Of a stretch of DNA of 64,000 nt, positions 21,978-32,702 are shown in pieces. The notes under the pieces were generated by a model, which worked only from the letters and a program-made list of their open reading frames with translations, was not told the DNA's origin and searched no databases. The number at the start of each line of letters is the position of its first letter. Position 1 is the first letter of the stretch. The position numbers and the translations under genes were made by a program. Origin of the DNA: Massalongia carnosa (lineage: Eukaryota). The stretch lies in assembly GCA_965645245.1 (NCBI GenBank), contig OZ287080.1, positions 62,001 to 126,000 of the forward strand, read 5' to 3'.

Positions 21978-23367
21978 CATGTTGCCGCTTCTATTTCGTG
22001 GCATCATAAAGGGCCGCTGATGTTTTACAATGACGAGCACGACGCGCCTGAAATTCAGGTTCAGAAGCCCAGAAAACCTCTTTTGCGGAATTATCTCATG
22101 AATTTCTACCGTATTATCTGGCAGATAAAACCCCCTCGGTCATAAAACCCCGTTCTAATTGGTCAAATTCCACCGTGGGGGGTGGTTGATCCATAAAACC
22201 CGGTCCTTTCCAGTTCTAAGAACAAGTACATTAATTTGTATACAACTTTCAACCAAATCTATGTATCTTTTCTTGAAAGTCAATTTGATCCGAGAATCAA
22301 TCCTCATCTGCATCCGTTTCATCATCCTTCTTACTTTCAGTCCCATCATTTTCAAAAAGAATATCCAGATTATCCATTTCATCTTTCAAGTCTCCCTCCA
22401 TTATGTACTCCATTTCGTCATAAACGACCTCCTCAGTTCTCACCTCTCTTTGCACCCCGTCCACATTTAATTCAGATTCGTCCACTTCCTGAATGTCCTC
22501 CATACCGACGGGCTGCCTCCAATGACCGACTTGTATGTTTGGTATGTCCTTGATTGACAACTCTTCATCTTCTGATCCATCAACAGCGAGCGACAATCCT
22601 AGCTTTCGAAAGGTTTGACGTATCAGAGATGCTTGTTCTGCATGCAAATCCCTCCACGGTTGCCCCACCCATTTTGTTAGATTAATTCGTCGATCACCTA
22701 CAGTGTAGAGTTCTTTGCTCTATTAATTCGTCGATCACCTACAGTGTAGAATTCTTTGCTCTATTTGTCGTAATTTTCGTTATACTGCATGTCGGCCAGC
22801 TCCGAAATTCGGATTTTAAGAGGCTTATTGATGGCTACATCGAGAACTTGCACATAACCGGTGCATCCGGAGGGAACAAAGGAGGGCATGATGTTTAAAT
22901 CGCGAAAGACTCGTTGGACCTGCAAATTTGTTAGCGAATCGAAGCAACAGCAGGATATGAACTTGTCAAATGTCAGCTATCCTGGCATTAACCAACATTG
23001 GTCAACGGGCCCGTCACATGCTCGTCACATGACATTGCCACCGCGGCAAAGGTAAAAATTCTTCATCCCCCACATTCTTTCTTCCTTTGGAGACATCTCT
23101 TGATCTATCCCCTGGCGGCATACCTAGCTAGAAATCATCTATAGATCAATGCCATTCATTTCACCTCATCTGGTCAAGACGTAAATCATCTCAACTGATC
23201 ATCAGGGCAAAAAGCCTCAGAGTTATGAGCCCGGATTCTCGCTTCCATCGTCTTGACCACTTCTTGAATCTTTAAAAAAGCCACCTTTTGGCACTTATTC
23301 AGAAGCCATCACTTGGCACCTTCAGCATTTTTCGAAATCAGCCCTTTTTCGAAATACAATATCAGCA

Positions 23368-24684
23368 ATGTCGGCATCGCCCAGAAAAATCGTCTTGGCA
23401 AAATCGGCCGACTGGAGAACATGGTTTTCCTTCATCCAGATAAAGGCAGAAAGTCTAGAAATTTGGGATGAGGTTAACCCGAATGAGCCATTTAAGGAGT
23501 CGTTAAAACGGCCAGAGATACCAAATTTTCCAATCTCGGAAAATGATGATGATGAAGTTGAGGCAGGAAAGCATCAAATGCTTCAACTGAAAACTCAGCT
23601 ATACAGATTAAAATTGGACGAATACAAAGTTCGAAAAGCAGCACTAACTGAGCTGACATCCAAAATTCTAGAAAGTCTGTCGACCGAATACGGCGTTTAT
23701 TTGGAAGACATAAACCAAAAAAGAGAACATCCATGGAAAATACTGACGGCACTGAAACAAAGAATTGCTCCATCTGATGCCGCCCAAATTCGGGACATTG
23801 AGACCAAATACGAGAAGCTCAAAAATGGACCAGGAAATCAAAATTTGGAGACATACATCGAGCAGTGGCAGAGGACATACACTGACGCCATCAATAATAG
23901 GCTTTTTGAGGCAGAGGGGCAACGAGCTCATCGACACTTTCTCATGGCCATTCGGGAAAAGGAGACTAACTTTACCGATACCATGCTGATCAATCTAAAT
24001 AGGGAGCCGGACATGGACTTCTATAAATTGCTGGAAGAATTCCGACAATTCGTCCGGTATCAAAAAGCTGAAAAAGGGGAGTCCCATTCCGCCTTTTCTG
24101 TTAATTCCAACCGGTCTTCCTCGTCTAATCAGGGACCTACATTCAATGGTCAGCGACCGGCTAGACCACCTTGCATTTGCGGCAAAGATCATGCCCTCGG
24201 TCATTGCTGGCACCTAGTGCCTGACCATCCCCGCCGACCGCACAATTTCAAAACGAGTCCCGAAATCCAATCCCGAATCGATGACGCTATGAAGGATAAG
24301 GCATTCCGGGAGAAGGTGGAAAAATCCATACAAACCTGCAAAGAAAAAGCTAGGACTAGTCAGAATAATCAGGGGCAAAAGAATCAGGATCAGAAAGGGC
24401 AGAAAAATAACACGATACCGGAGGGTGGAAATGCCACCTTTGCAGCAGAATGGGCACTCAGAAAGAAAAGGGGGAATTTTGACCCTAAAAGCACGTGCTA
24501 TGCGGATGGATGCAAATCTTCCTACATTTCTTTGGCCGGAAATTTTTCGGACTGCCCGCTATATAGCAAATCGGACTCCTATGGGAAAACATCAATGGAA
24601 AACGCCATACCAGATGGTCCACAAGACCCGTCCAAACTTAGCACATTTACATGTTTATGGCTGCAAAGGTTATGCCTTAAATAA
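23368..24684 (+). CDS. Copia A gag; genuine to about 24445, the tail is out of frame past a deletion junction
   Basis: Gag-like N-terminus (LAKSADWRTW..I...A....IWD.VNP) and zinc knuckle CICGKDHALGHCW. Confidence 0.8.
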   Translation: MSASPRKIVLAKSADWRTWFSFIQIKAESLEIWDEVNPNEPFKESLKRPEIPNFPISENDDDEVEAGKHQMLQLKTQLYRLKLDEYKVRKAALTELTSKILESLSTEYGVYLEDINQKREHPWKILTALKQRIAPSDAAQIRDIETKYEKLKNGPGNQNLETYIEQWQRTYTDAINNRLFEAEGQRAHRHFLMAIREKETNFTDTMLINLNREPDMDFYKLLEEFRQFVRYQKAEKGESHSAFSVNSNRSSSSNQGPTFNGQRPARPPCICGKDHALGHCWHLVPDHPRRPHNFKTSPEIQSRIDDAMKDKAFREKVEKSIQTCKEKARTSQNNQGQKNQDQKGQKNNTIPEGGNATFAAEWALRKKRGNFDPKSTCYADGCKSSYISLAGNFSDCPLYSKSDSYGKTSMENAIPDGPQDPSKLSTFTCLWLQRLCLK

Positions 24685-26995
24685 GCAAATTTCGAAGAAG
24701 GAAAAGTTGAAAGAAAGAGCTCACATCGGATATTTGGTTGGTTATGATGCTCGCAACATTTTTCGCATTTGGATACCATCTCAGCGGAAGGTAATTCGGA
24801 CTAGAGACGTTATTTTCGATGACAGCACTAGATACGATCCTCATGACATAGATGTCATGCAGGCAAGTTCCGAGCCAATGCTGCCATTACCAGAGACGTT
24901 TGAAATTCCGAATCTTCTTACTGATTTGGCGCGAATTACCGAGGTGGAATCAGATTTAGAAGATGAGATAAATCTGCATGCGGAGCAAAACCAGCAATCT
25001 ATAGAAAAAGGGCAAATGCCAGCATCTGGCAATTCCCCAAATGACTCCGCAAATGACTCCGCATCACATGACTCAGCAAAAGGCAAAACATTCGAATATT
25101 TGCCATCTCCCTTACCATCTGAAGCAACCCCGCCACCTGACCCTAAACCATCTCAAAAAGAGAAGAAAGTGATTGGTCTAGAATTCGACCAGGCAAATAT
25201 CTTGCCTGAGGGGGTGAGACGGGAAAGAAAAGGCAGAAAACAGGCTTATTTCGCTGCCTTGAAAGATGCCGAAAATAGAGAAGTTATCTCCTTTCATTCC
25301 TCATTTGCAGCATTTGCAAAATCATCATTCTTTACTAAATTTTCTCAGCATCGCCTACATAGAGATTCCCTACCTGCGGAACCAAAGCATTTCGGTCAAA
25401 TGCTGAAACATTCTCATTCCGCCGGATTTCAGGAAGCAATCAAAACGGAAATAAAAGCTTTGGAAGCAAAGGGCACTTGGAAGGAAATTCCTACAAATGA
25501 GGTAATTTCGAAAGATAATGTCATCATTCCTACTATGTGGATTATCAAATATAAATTCGACGAAGAGGGATATTTGACCAAATACAAAGCTCGCTTAGTG
25601 GCTAGGGGTGATTTTCAGAAGACTGACCAAGACACCTACGCCGCCACTTTGGCAGCTCGCATTTTCCGAGCATTAATGGCAATTGTAGCAATATTCGATT
25701 TGGAGACGCGACAGTATGACGCCATAAATGCATTTGCCAATAGTCCTATAGATGAGCCCATCTATTGTAAGCCACCTGAGGGATGGCCAAAAGATAGCGG
25801 CATTTTGCTGCTTCTACAAAGGGCTCTGTATGGACTAAAACAATCTCCAGCCTTATGGTATCGTCTTTTATCGGAAGCACTAATCGGAATGAATTTTGAG
25901 CCGATACCAGGAGCAGATTGTCTCTTCATCAGTCGGGACAAGCATTTGCTTCTTTTCTTCTTCGTAGATGATATCGTTCTTCTATACGATCGTCGTTGGA
26001 CCAATCAAGCTGACGTTTTTCAGACGCAGCTATTTGACCGTTTTGAAATGCGACATTTAGGAGAATTAGAATGGTTCCTAGGAATTCAGATCTCTAGGAA
26101 ACGCGAAACCGGACTTTTATGGCTGTCTCAGCAGTCCTACATTGAAAAGATAATTTCAAAATTCAATGTCAGCATTAATCTAGAAAATAAGGGACCGGCG
26201 ACACCTTTACCATACGGATCAGGAATGCAATTGGTCAGAAATTCTGGTCAGGCTACAAATCAGGAAATCCATGCCTACCAGCAAATAGTTGGATCCATCA
26301 ATTTCGCCGCAGTAATAACCCGCCCGGACGTCGCATTTGCAGCTTCCAAACTGTCGGAATTTCTAACCAACCCATCTAAATGCCATTCGGAAGCTGCCAT
26401 TCGGACCCTGAAATATTTAGGGCATTCCAAAACATTGACCATTTGGTTTAACTCTTCCGATTTTTTCGGAAACTCTGACCATTCTTCTTCTGACCAAACC
26501 ATCTTTTTAGCAAGCAGCGACGCCTCATTTGCCGATGACCCCGCGACCAGATATAGCTCCCAGGGATACGGATTCAAGCTATTTAGTGGAATGATAGATT
26601 GGAAGGCGTCAAAGCAGAAGACGGTCACCACTAGCAGTACGGAAGCGGAATTGCTCGCCATCTCATCGGCAGGAAAGGAGCTCATCTGGTGGACGCGTCT
26701 TTTTCAAGAGATAAATCTAGATTTGCAGATGATGCCAAACATTCAATGCGACAATCGGCAGACAATCAGGGCACTGACGGAAAATAAACTGGTGACCAAG
26801 CTTCGCCATGTCGACATCCATAAACATTGGCTCCGCCAAGAAATTGCAAAGGATCGAATCAAAATTCAATGGGTGCCCACTGCCACAATTCTGGCAGATG
26901 GATTGACGAAGGCATTGCCGCCTCAAAGGCATGCTTCATTTGTCAAATTACTAGGCCTGAAAGGGCAACATCATGAAGATATAAAAGAAGGATGA
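24425..26995 (+). CDS. Copia A pol remainder: integrase C-half, RT (RVT_2) and RNase H
   Basis: QNGHSERKG, YKARLVARGD, ALYGLKQSP, FFVDDIV, SDASFA, TSSTEAE and ILADGLTKAL. Confidence 0.88.
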   Translation: MEMPPLQQNGHSERKGGILTLKARAMRMDANLPTFLWPEIFRTARYIANRTPMGKHQWKTPYQMVHKTRPNLAHLHVYGCKGYALNKQISKKEKLKERAHIGYLVGYDARNIFRIWIPSQRKVIRTRDVIFDDSTRYDPHDIDVMQASSEPMLPLPETFEIPNLLTDLARITEVESDLEDEINLHAEQNQQSIEKGQMPASGNSPNDSANDSASHDSAKGKTFEYLPSPLPSEATPPPDPKPSQKEKKVIGLEFDQANILPEGVRRERKGRKQAYFAALKDAENREVISFHSSFAAFAKSSFFTKFSQHRLHRDSLPAEPKHFGQMLKHSHSAGFQEAIKTEIKALEAKGTWKEIPTNEVISKDNVIIPTMWIIKYKFDEEGYLTKYKARLVARGDFQKTDQDTYAATLAARIFRALMAIVAIFDLETRQYDAINAFANSPIDEPIYCKPPEGWPKDSGILLLLQRALYGLKQSPALWYRLLSEALIGMNFEPIPGADCLFISRDKHLLLFFFVDDIVLLYDRRWTNQADVFQTQLFDRFEMRHLGELEWFLGIQISRKRETGLLWLSQQSYIEKIISKFNVSINLENKGPATPLPYGSGMQLVRNSGQATNQEIHAYQQIVGSINFAAVITRPDVAFAASKLSEFLTNPSKCHSEAAIRTLKYLGHSKTLTIWFNSSDFFGNSDHSSSDQTIFLASSDASFADDPATRYSSQGYGFKLFSGMIDWKASKQKTVTTSSTEAELLAISSAGKELIWWTRLFQEINLDLQMMPNIQCDNRQTIRALTENKLVTKLRHVDIHKHWLRQEIAKDRIKIQWVPTATILADGLTKALPPQRHASFVKLLGLKGQHHEDIKEG

Positions 26996-27161
26996 TAAAG
27001 ATCATTGCAGATGATCTTCATCAAGGGGGTGTGTCAAATGTCAGCTATACTGGCATTAACCAACATTGGTCAACGGGCCCGTCACATGCCCGTCACATGA
27101 CATTGCCACCGCGGCAAAGGTAAAAATTCTTCATCCCCCACATTCTTTCTTCCTTTGGAGA

Positions 27162-29896
27162 CGAGAAGACTCGGGACAGTCCCCCCCCACCGTCCCCCTA
27201 GCAAAGATCATTCCAAATTAGGACTAGCTACAAGCCACTTCCATACTAAATATGTGCACGTCCACCGTCTCTCCGCAAGCTTCCTCTAGCTGATTTAGCT
27301 TAGCCCCGCATTCTGAAAAATCCTCATCTGTTCATACTACTACTATTACTACTACTCCTACCACTCATTGCGATGATCTCAATTCCGAAAATGCATCACT
27401 CAATTGCGAAAAATTATCCTTTCTAGGCTTCATAGTCTTAGCAACCTTTCTTGTAGCTGTATTTTTCCTCTCCTCAGCCCTTGCTTGTTTGGCCGCTTGG
27501 TCGGCCCTCTGCTGAGACTCCAACTCCAACTGAGCCTTCGATTTTTTGGTTACCACACCCCGTGACCCTCATGTTGTTGTTGCAGACGATGTGGATGGTA
27601 GCTGGCTATCGCGGATGTTTTTTTGACTGAGGCTATAAAGGGAAGGAGCTTTTGGAGAGGGAACCGTTTGGGAAAGAGCCTTTTGGCTATGTTTCACTAG
27701 CACTTCATCAATATCTTCAAATGAATCGGAAGAAGATGCCGGGGATGGAGGGATCAAATCATCGTTCTCATTCAGAGAGAGTGGAGGATCGGGGGTAGGC
27801 TGAGTTGCTATATATTGCAGGTCATCGTCGTCAGATACGATGATAGCATCTCCTGAATCTATACCGAATATTAGCCGCGCTACATCGATCGATTTGCTGA
27901 TATCCTGGGTTTTTTATCATCAATCATACCCTTGTCTTCACGGCCTGCCCGCAATTCATCCTCATGCCTTCTTCTCCTCCCTTCTTCAATCGAGTCCTTA
28001 CGTTTAGCACGTCGCTGCTTAGCTTCATCTGCCTCAGCTGCCTCCCGGCCAGTGTAAGCCCGCCGGCGACTTCCACTCTTTTTATACATGAGGTTGTCCT
28101 TCGGTCGGATTTCGTCGGGGAATGTTGTAGGGATAAGTGGCCTCGCCAGCTCCTTATCCTGCCATTTTAATTGAAAATAGCAGTGAATTTGGCGAATTCA
28201 CGAGCGTATCCCTCCCTTCTATGCACATTTTCTATTGATTTATGAAAATCAATAGATTGATGTACGGCCGCATGCAGCAAATCAACACCCCCGCGACGAA
28301 ATCTATCCCCAGTATTATTGTCAACTGCCTTCTCGATCTACTCTTCCGGCTCAGATTCTTGTCTTTGTTGAGCATTCCCCCCCTCATCCGCCTCCTCATC
28401 CTGCTCTTCTGTGGTCTTCCTGTGAGCTGCTCTCCGAAACATCTCAGCGAAATTTATGGTGGGGTCGAAAACCATTCTCCACGAGACCACAAAAGGCGGG
28501 CCATCGAAAAACCAGCGGGGATGAATGAGGGAGATAGGTATGGGGATAACGTCAATGACGCAACGATACAACCAGCATCTGCACGGAAGACCGTATCGTG
28601 GAGGCAAATCACAATCATACATACAATCCTCACCGGTTGGTTCGATTAATTGCTGCATCTGGGTTTATTTCCTTAGCCCGTTTTTTATGCATCGCTGCAG
28701 TCAATCCAGCGGCGAAGTCTCCGAGGATGACCCTAGGACCAGGACATGTATCATGAAAAAAGATATCTTTCATACAATCAAATAAAAACGTAAAGCGCTC
28801 AGCCGATCCAGAAGTTATATAACAATAGGCCGCGGGGAAAGTCTGATTTGTGTTGGTGAGGCCAACCAACACCGATAGAGGCAAGTTCAACTGATTTGTA
28901 TTGAACGTAGCATCCGTTTCTATCAAAATCCACTGACGAATCGTCTAGTCAGTCGGATCTGTTCAGCGTTACAGAAAAAGAAATGTTCAACAACACGTCT
29001 TCGGGGAGTATTGTTTTCAACGAGATATTTCTCCAAAGTCCGTACATGAAACCCTTCTTCTTTTAGAAATCCAAGTGCATAGGTCAACTCTTCTTCAGGT
29101 GTATGTTTGCCCTGGGATCGAGCCAGGTTGTAATAGTTCTTCTTCGATAGGCGCAGGCCAGTCATTCCCAAAACGCGAGATGCTTGACCGTATCTAGTTG
29201 ATGCATCACGGAGACTTTTTGCTTGATCTAGGGCAGTTGCTCGATCGAGGTCTTGTCTACGATGCTCTTTGAAACCGAAGGGGTCTGTAGCGATCTCGTG
29301 ATTGTGATCAGGATTGGTGATGATTAATCTCCACGATTCGTCTTTATTTTGCTTCAATCTTAATCGATATTTGCACTCGTTGAACGAGACCTTCGTGTTT
29401 TTTCGTACGCGGTCCTTCTCCTCTAGCTTTCTAGTGTTTCTTTCTCTTTTGTGATGACGGGTGCAATCTAGTATAACGAGATGATTCTTCTTATCATTAG
29501 TCTCTGTGACCAATGCAAAGCCTTGAGTAAAGGCATAATTCTGAAGGCGGGTTTTTCCCTCTTCCCAGGAGATAAAGATTTCACTCTCACTCGGAGGAAG
29601 AGGATGAGACGACGGTAAACTCGCTATAGCCCTTTGCAAACGTGCATCCAGGGACGTTGATGTGAGGGCCATAGCAAAGAAAAAGATAAGGGAGAGAAGA
29701 AGTGCGGTCTACCTATCATAGTGATAAATTTATACAGAGGGTTGGCTGCCTATACCTATAATATTATTAATAGAGACGGTGAACGAGGTATATGCACCTA
29801 ATTCTTTAGTATGGGGAGGTGGCTTGTAGCTAGTCCTAATTTGGAATGATTTTCGCTGGGGGGACGGTGGGGGGGGGACTGTCCCGAGTCTTCTCG
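27162..29896 (-). mobile_element. Mutator-like (MULE) element, internally deleted
   Basis: TIRs of about 90 bp (CGAGAAGACTCGGGACAGTCCCCC...) and a 9-bp TSD CTTTGGAGA (27153-61, 29897-905) inside the copia A 3' LTR. Confidence 0.93.
27365..29672 (-). pseudogene. MULE transposase pseudogene (FAR1-like, MULE DDE start, SWIM)
   Basis: FAR1-like C..H / CKYRL..HNH, then IETDATFNTNQLNLPL, ILGDF and SWIM CMYDCDLPPRYGLPCRCW. It has several frameshifts, and the DDE-to-SWIM middle is missing at about 28650. Confidence 0.85.
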
Positions 29897-30191
29897 CTTT
29901 GGAGACATCTCTTGATCTATCCCCTGGCGGCATACCTAGCTAGAAATCATCTATAGATCAATGCCATTCATTTCACCTCATCTGGTCAAGACGTAAATCA
30001 TCTCAACTGATCATCAGGGCAAAAAGCCTCAGAGAACTCAATTAAACTTTCAGTTTTATGGCCAGCAAAAACATCTGATGATAGAAATCGCCGTGTATTA
30101 GGGTTTTGTAATCCGATGGTAGCTTATACTGTTGTTTTAAGCATCGAATCATCACCTCCGCATTGCAGTAGGCCTTCATATTCCATTGCAC

Positions 30192-31430
30192 CGAGTAGAT
30201 TCGGGACAGACCCCATCTGGCAGACCCCTCGTAAAGTTCTACTGCTTATTAGGACTAGTTAGCTTAAGCCTCACCCTCACACTAAATTAATAGTCCATCT
30301 ACTAATGCAATGTCCCCCCAGCAAGCTTCATATACCTAGCTGATAAGCCGTTATATCCATATTGACTTATGAAAAAGTCACACCTATTACACTCTACTAT
30401 TTCATTACTATTATATAAAACTCATTGCGACTAATCTGATTTGCTCTTTCTTACAGAAGAAAATTAACTCCACAACACCTCGCTGCCGTATGTTGTTTTC
30501 AACTATATATTTCTCCAAACAGCGCACGTGAAACCCTCCTTCTTTCAAGCATCCAAGTGTATAATCCATTTCCTCTGCGGGTGTATGACTCCCTCCAGAT
30601 CGAAATAGGTTATAATAATCATTCTTCGAAAGACGAAGTCCCCGAACACGCAAAGTTCTTTAGGCTTGGGTATATTTAGTACATGAATCGCGAAGACCTT
30701 TCGCATGGTCTAGGGTTTCTGCTCGGTCGGGGTCCATATTATGCTGTTCTTTGAAACTGAATGGGTCATTGATCATGGAATGATTGTGTACGGGGTTGAT
30801 GAGTGCTAAGCTCCAGATCTCATCTTTTTTTTTCTCAGGCGGACTCTATATTTGCAGTTATTGAACGAAACTTTCGTACTCTTTCGTTGGCGGTCTGTCT
30901 CAGCCAATTTTCTGGTGTTTCTCTCTTTTTGATGATGACGTGTGCATTCTAATAACATGACTCCCCGTGTTTTCTGAAAAGATTCTATGACTATCGCGAA
31001 CCCCTGGGTAAAAGCATAGTCCTGAAGGCGAGCCTTTCCCTCCTCTCAGCTAGCGAAACCTTCTCCCTCTTGAGGGGGGAGACAATGGGCTGAAGGGAGA
31101 AGGGCCTTGGCCTTTCCAATTTTCCGATCTAGGGAAAGTAAGGCGGAGGCCATGACTGAGAGAAAGAATATACTCGAAAAGATGATAAACGTTGGGTATA
31201 TGAGATAATTGCCCCTCATCAAATAATTAGAGGCTAGCTACTTGTGATGTTTGAATTGGCTACAGCAATAAGTAATGTTGCAAGTGACTGGGTATATGAA
31301 GCTTGCGGGGGGACGTTGCATTAGTAGATGGACTGTTACTTTAGTGTGAGGGTGAGGCTTAAGCTAGTCCTAATAAGCTGTAGAACTTTATGAGGGGTCT
31401 GCCAGATGAGGTCTGTCCCGAATCTACTCG
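30192..31430 (-). mobile_element. Non-autonomous MULE derivative retaining the N-terminal (FAR1) part of the transposase
   Basis: TIRs of about 140 bp (CGAGTAGATTCGGGACAGACC...) at both ends. A decayed ORF from 31152 is homologous to 28923..29672. No TSD. Confidence 0.85.
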
Positions 31431-31445
31431 GTCGTATCAAGCCGA

Positions 31446-32702
31446 CGAGTAGATTCGGGACAGACCCCTCGTAAAGTTCTACTGCTTATTAGGACTAGCT
31501 TAAGCCTCACCCTCACACTAAATTAACAGTCCATCTACTAATGCAACGTCCCCCCGCAAGCTTCATATACTCAGTCACTTGCAACATTACTTATTGCTGT
31601 AGCCAATTCAAACATCACACGTAGCTAGCCTCGGATTATTTGATGAGGGGTAATCATCCTATATACGCTGCGGGAGAGGGAGGGGCGGAGCCGGAAGAGG
31701 ATAAGGAAGAGGATAAGGAGGTGGTATGGGGGGAGGGTGAGGATGAGATGGAAGAGGAGGATGAGAAGATGGAAGAGGAGGATGAGCAGGAGGTGAGAAG
31801 AAGGAAAGGCGAAGGGGGAGAAGTGAAGAATGACGGTGATAGATATCGCCGCGGTGGAGTTGATATGATGCAATCTGCAGCGTTTGAGTCAATGGATTTG
31901 CACAAATCAATGGAAAATTCACATCGAGATGAGGAGTATGCTCGAGCATACGTAGCAAACAGCGCCAAATTCAATCAAAAATGGCTGAAAAGGGAGTCGG
32001 CTAGATCTCTTATCTCCACAACTTTCCCTGATGAAATCCCACCGAAGGAAAACCTCAGGTGGAAAAATGGAGGAAGTCGTCGGCGTGCTTACACTGGCCG
32101 CGAGGCAGTTGAGGCCAATCAGCGACGTGCTAGACGTAGGGACTCGATTGAACAAGGGAGAAGGCGACAGCATGATAAACTGCGTGAAAGCGATGAAAAC
32201 GAGAGTCTGATTAGCGATGGTAAAAACCCACGATATAAGCAAATCAACGCAGCGTGGCTAACATATGATGTAGTAGATTTGACTGAAGATGCGGTCATTG
32301 TCTCCGACGACGATGACCTGCATTATGTAGACACTCAGCCGATTTCCGATCCTTCTACGGGTCTCACACTTCCTTCGAATGACAACGATGCATCTTCAAC
32401 GTCTTCCGATTCGTTTGAAGATATTGATGAAGTGTTGACGAAACATAGTCAAAAGTCTTATCTCAAACGGCCCCGTCCCTTTATAATCTTAGTCAAAACC
32501 TCCGCCTCAGTCAGTTGCCTCCTACATGGTCTGCCACAACGCGAAGGTCTCGGGATGTAGCCAAAAAACCAAAGGCTCTGTTGGAGTTGGAGTCTCAGCA
32601 AAAGGCTGAGCAAGCAGATAAACAGGCTAGGGCCGAGGCGAAGAAGCAGGCGGCAGCTATGAAGATTGCTAGGACTATGAAGCCTAGAAAGGAGAATATT
32701 TC
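31446..32702 (+). mobile_element. Second MULE derivative: 5' TIR fused to the transposase C-terminus, cut by copia C
   Basis: The TIR CGAGTAGATTCGGGACAG starts at 31446. ORF 31640..32560 (GSRRRAYTGREA, SSDSFEDIDEVL) is homologous to the C-terminal part of the 27162 MULE. Confidence 0.8.

Larger units (their letters stand above)
19483..22106 (+). mobile_element. Tc1-like transposon remnant: 5' TIR and N-terminus at 19483-19713, DDE-region piece at 21978-22106
   Basis: Starts CAGCGGGTGTCAAAAGTT (Tc1-type TIR). ATG 19583 gives MAPSTPPP...DTIRKTRFFQAID (frameshifted). After the copia LTR it resumes as HVAASISWHHKGPLMFYNDEHD. Confidence 0.6.
22964..30033 (+). mobile_element. Ty1/copia LTR retrotransposon (family A), internally deleted; 3' LTR split by a MULE
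   Basis: 5' LTR 22964-23221, PBS GTTATGAGCCCGG, PPT AAGGGGGTG, 3' LTR 27032-27161 plus 29906-30033, and TSD GAACT (22959-63, 30034-38). Confidence 0.92.
22109..30191 (-). mobile_element. 5'-truncated pogo/Tigger-like DDE_1 transposon, split by copia A
   Basis: The terminus TA|CCGTATTATCTGG lies at 22109. The minus-strand peptide reads KAYCNAEVM...SDVFAGHKTE (30039-30191), then PSFVPSGCTGYVQVLDVAINKPLK and RQTFRKLGLSLAVDGSED (22297-22920). A 41-bp tandem duplication at 22681-22762 frameshifts it. Confidence 0.75.
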
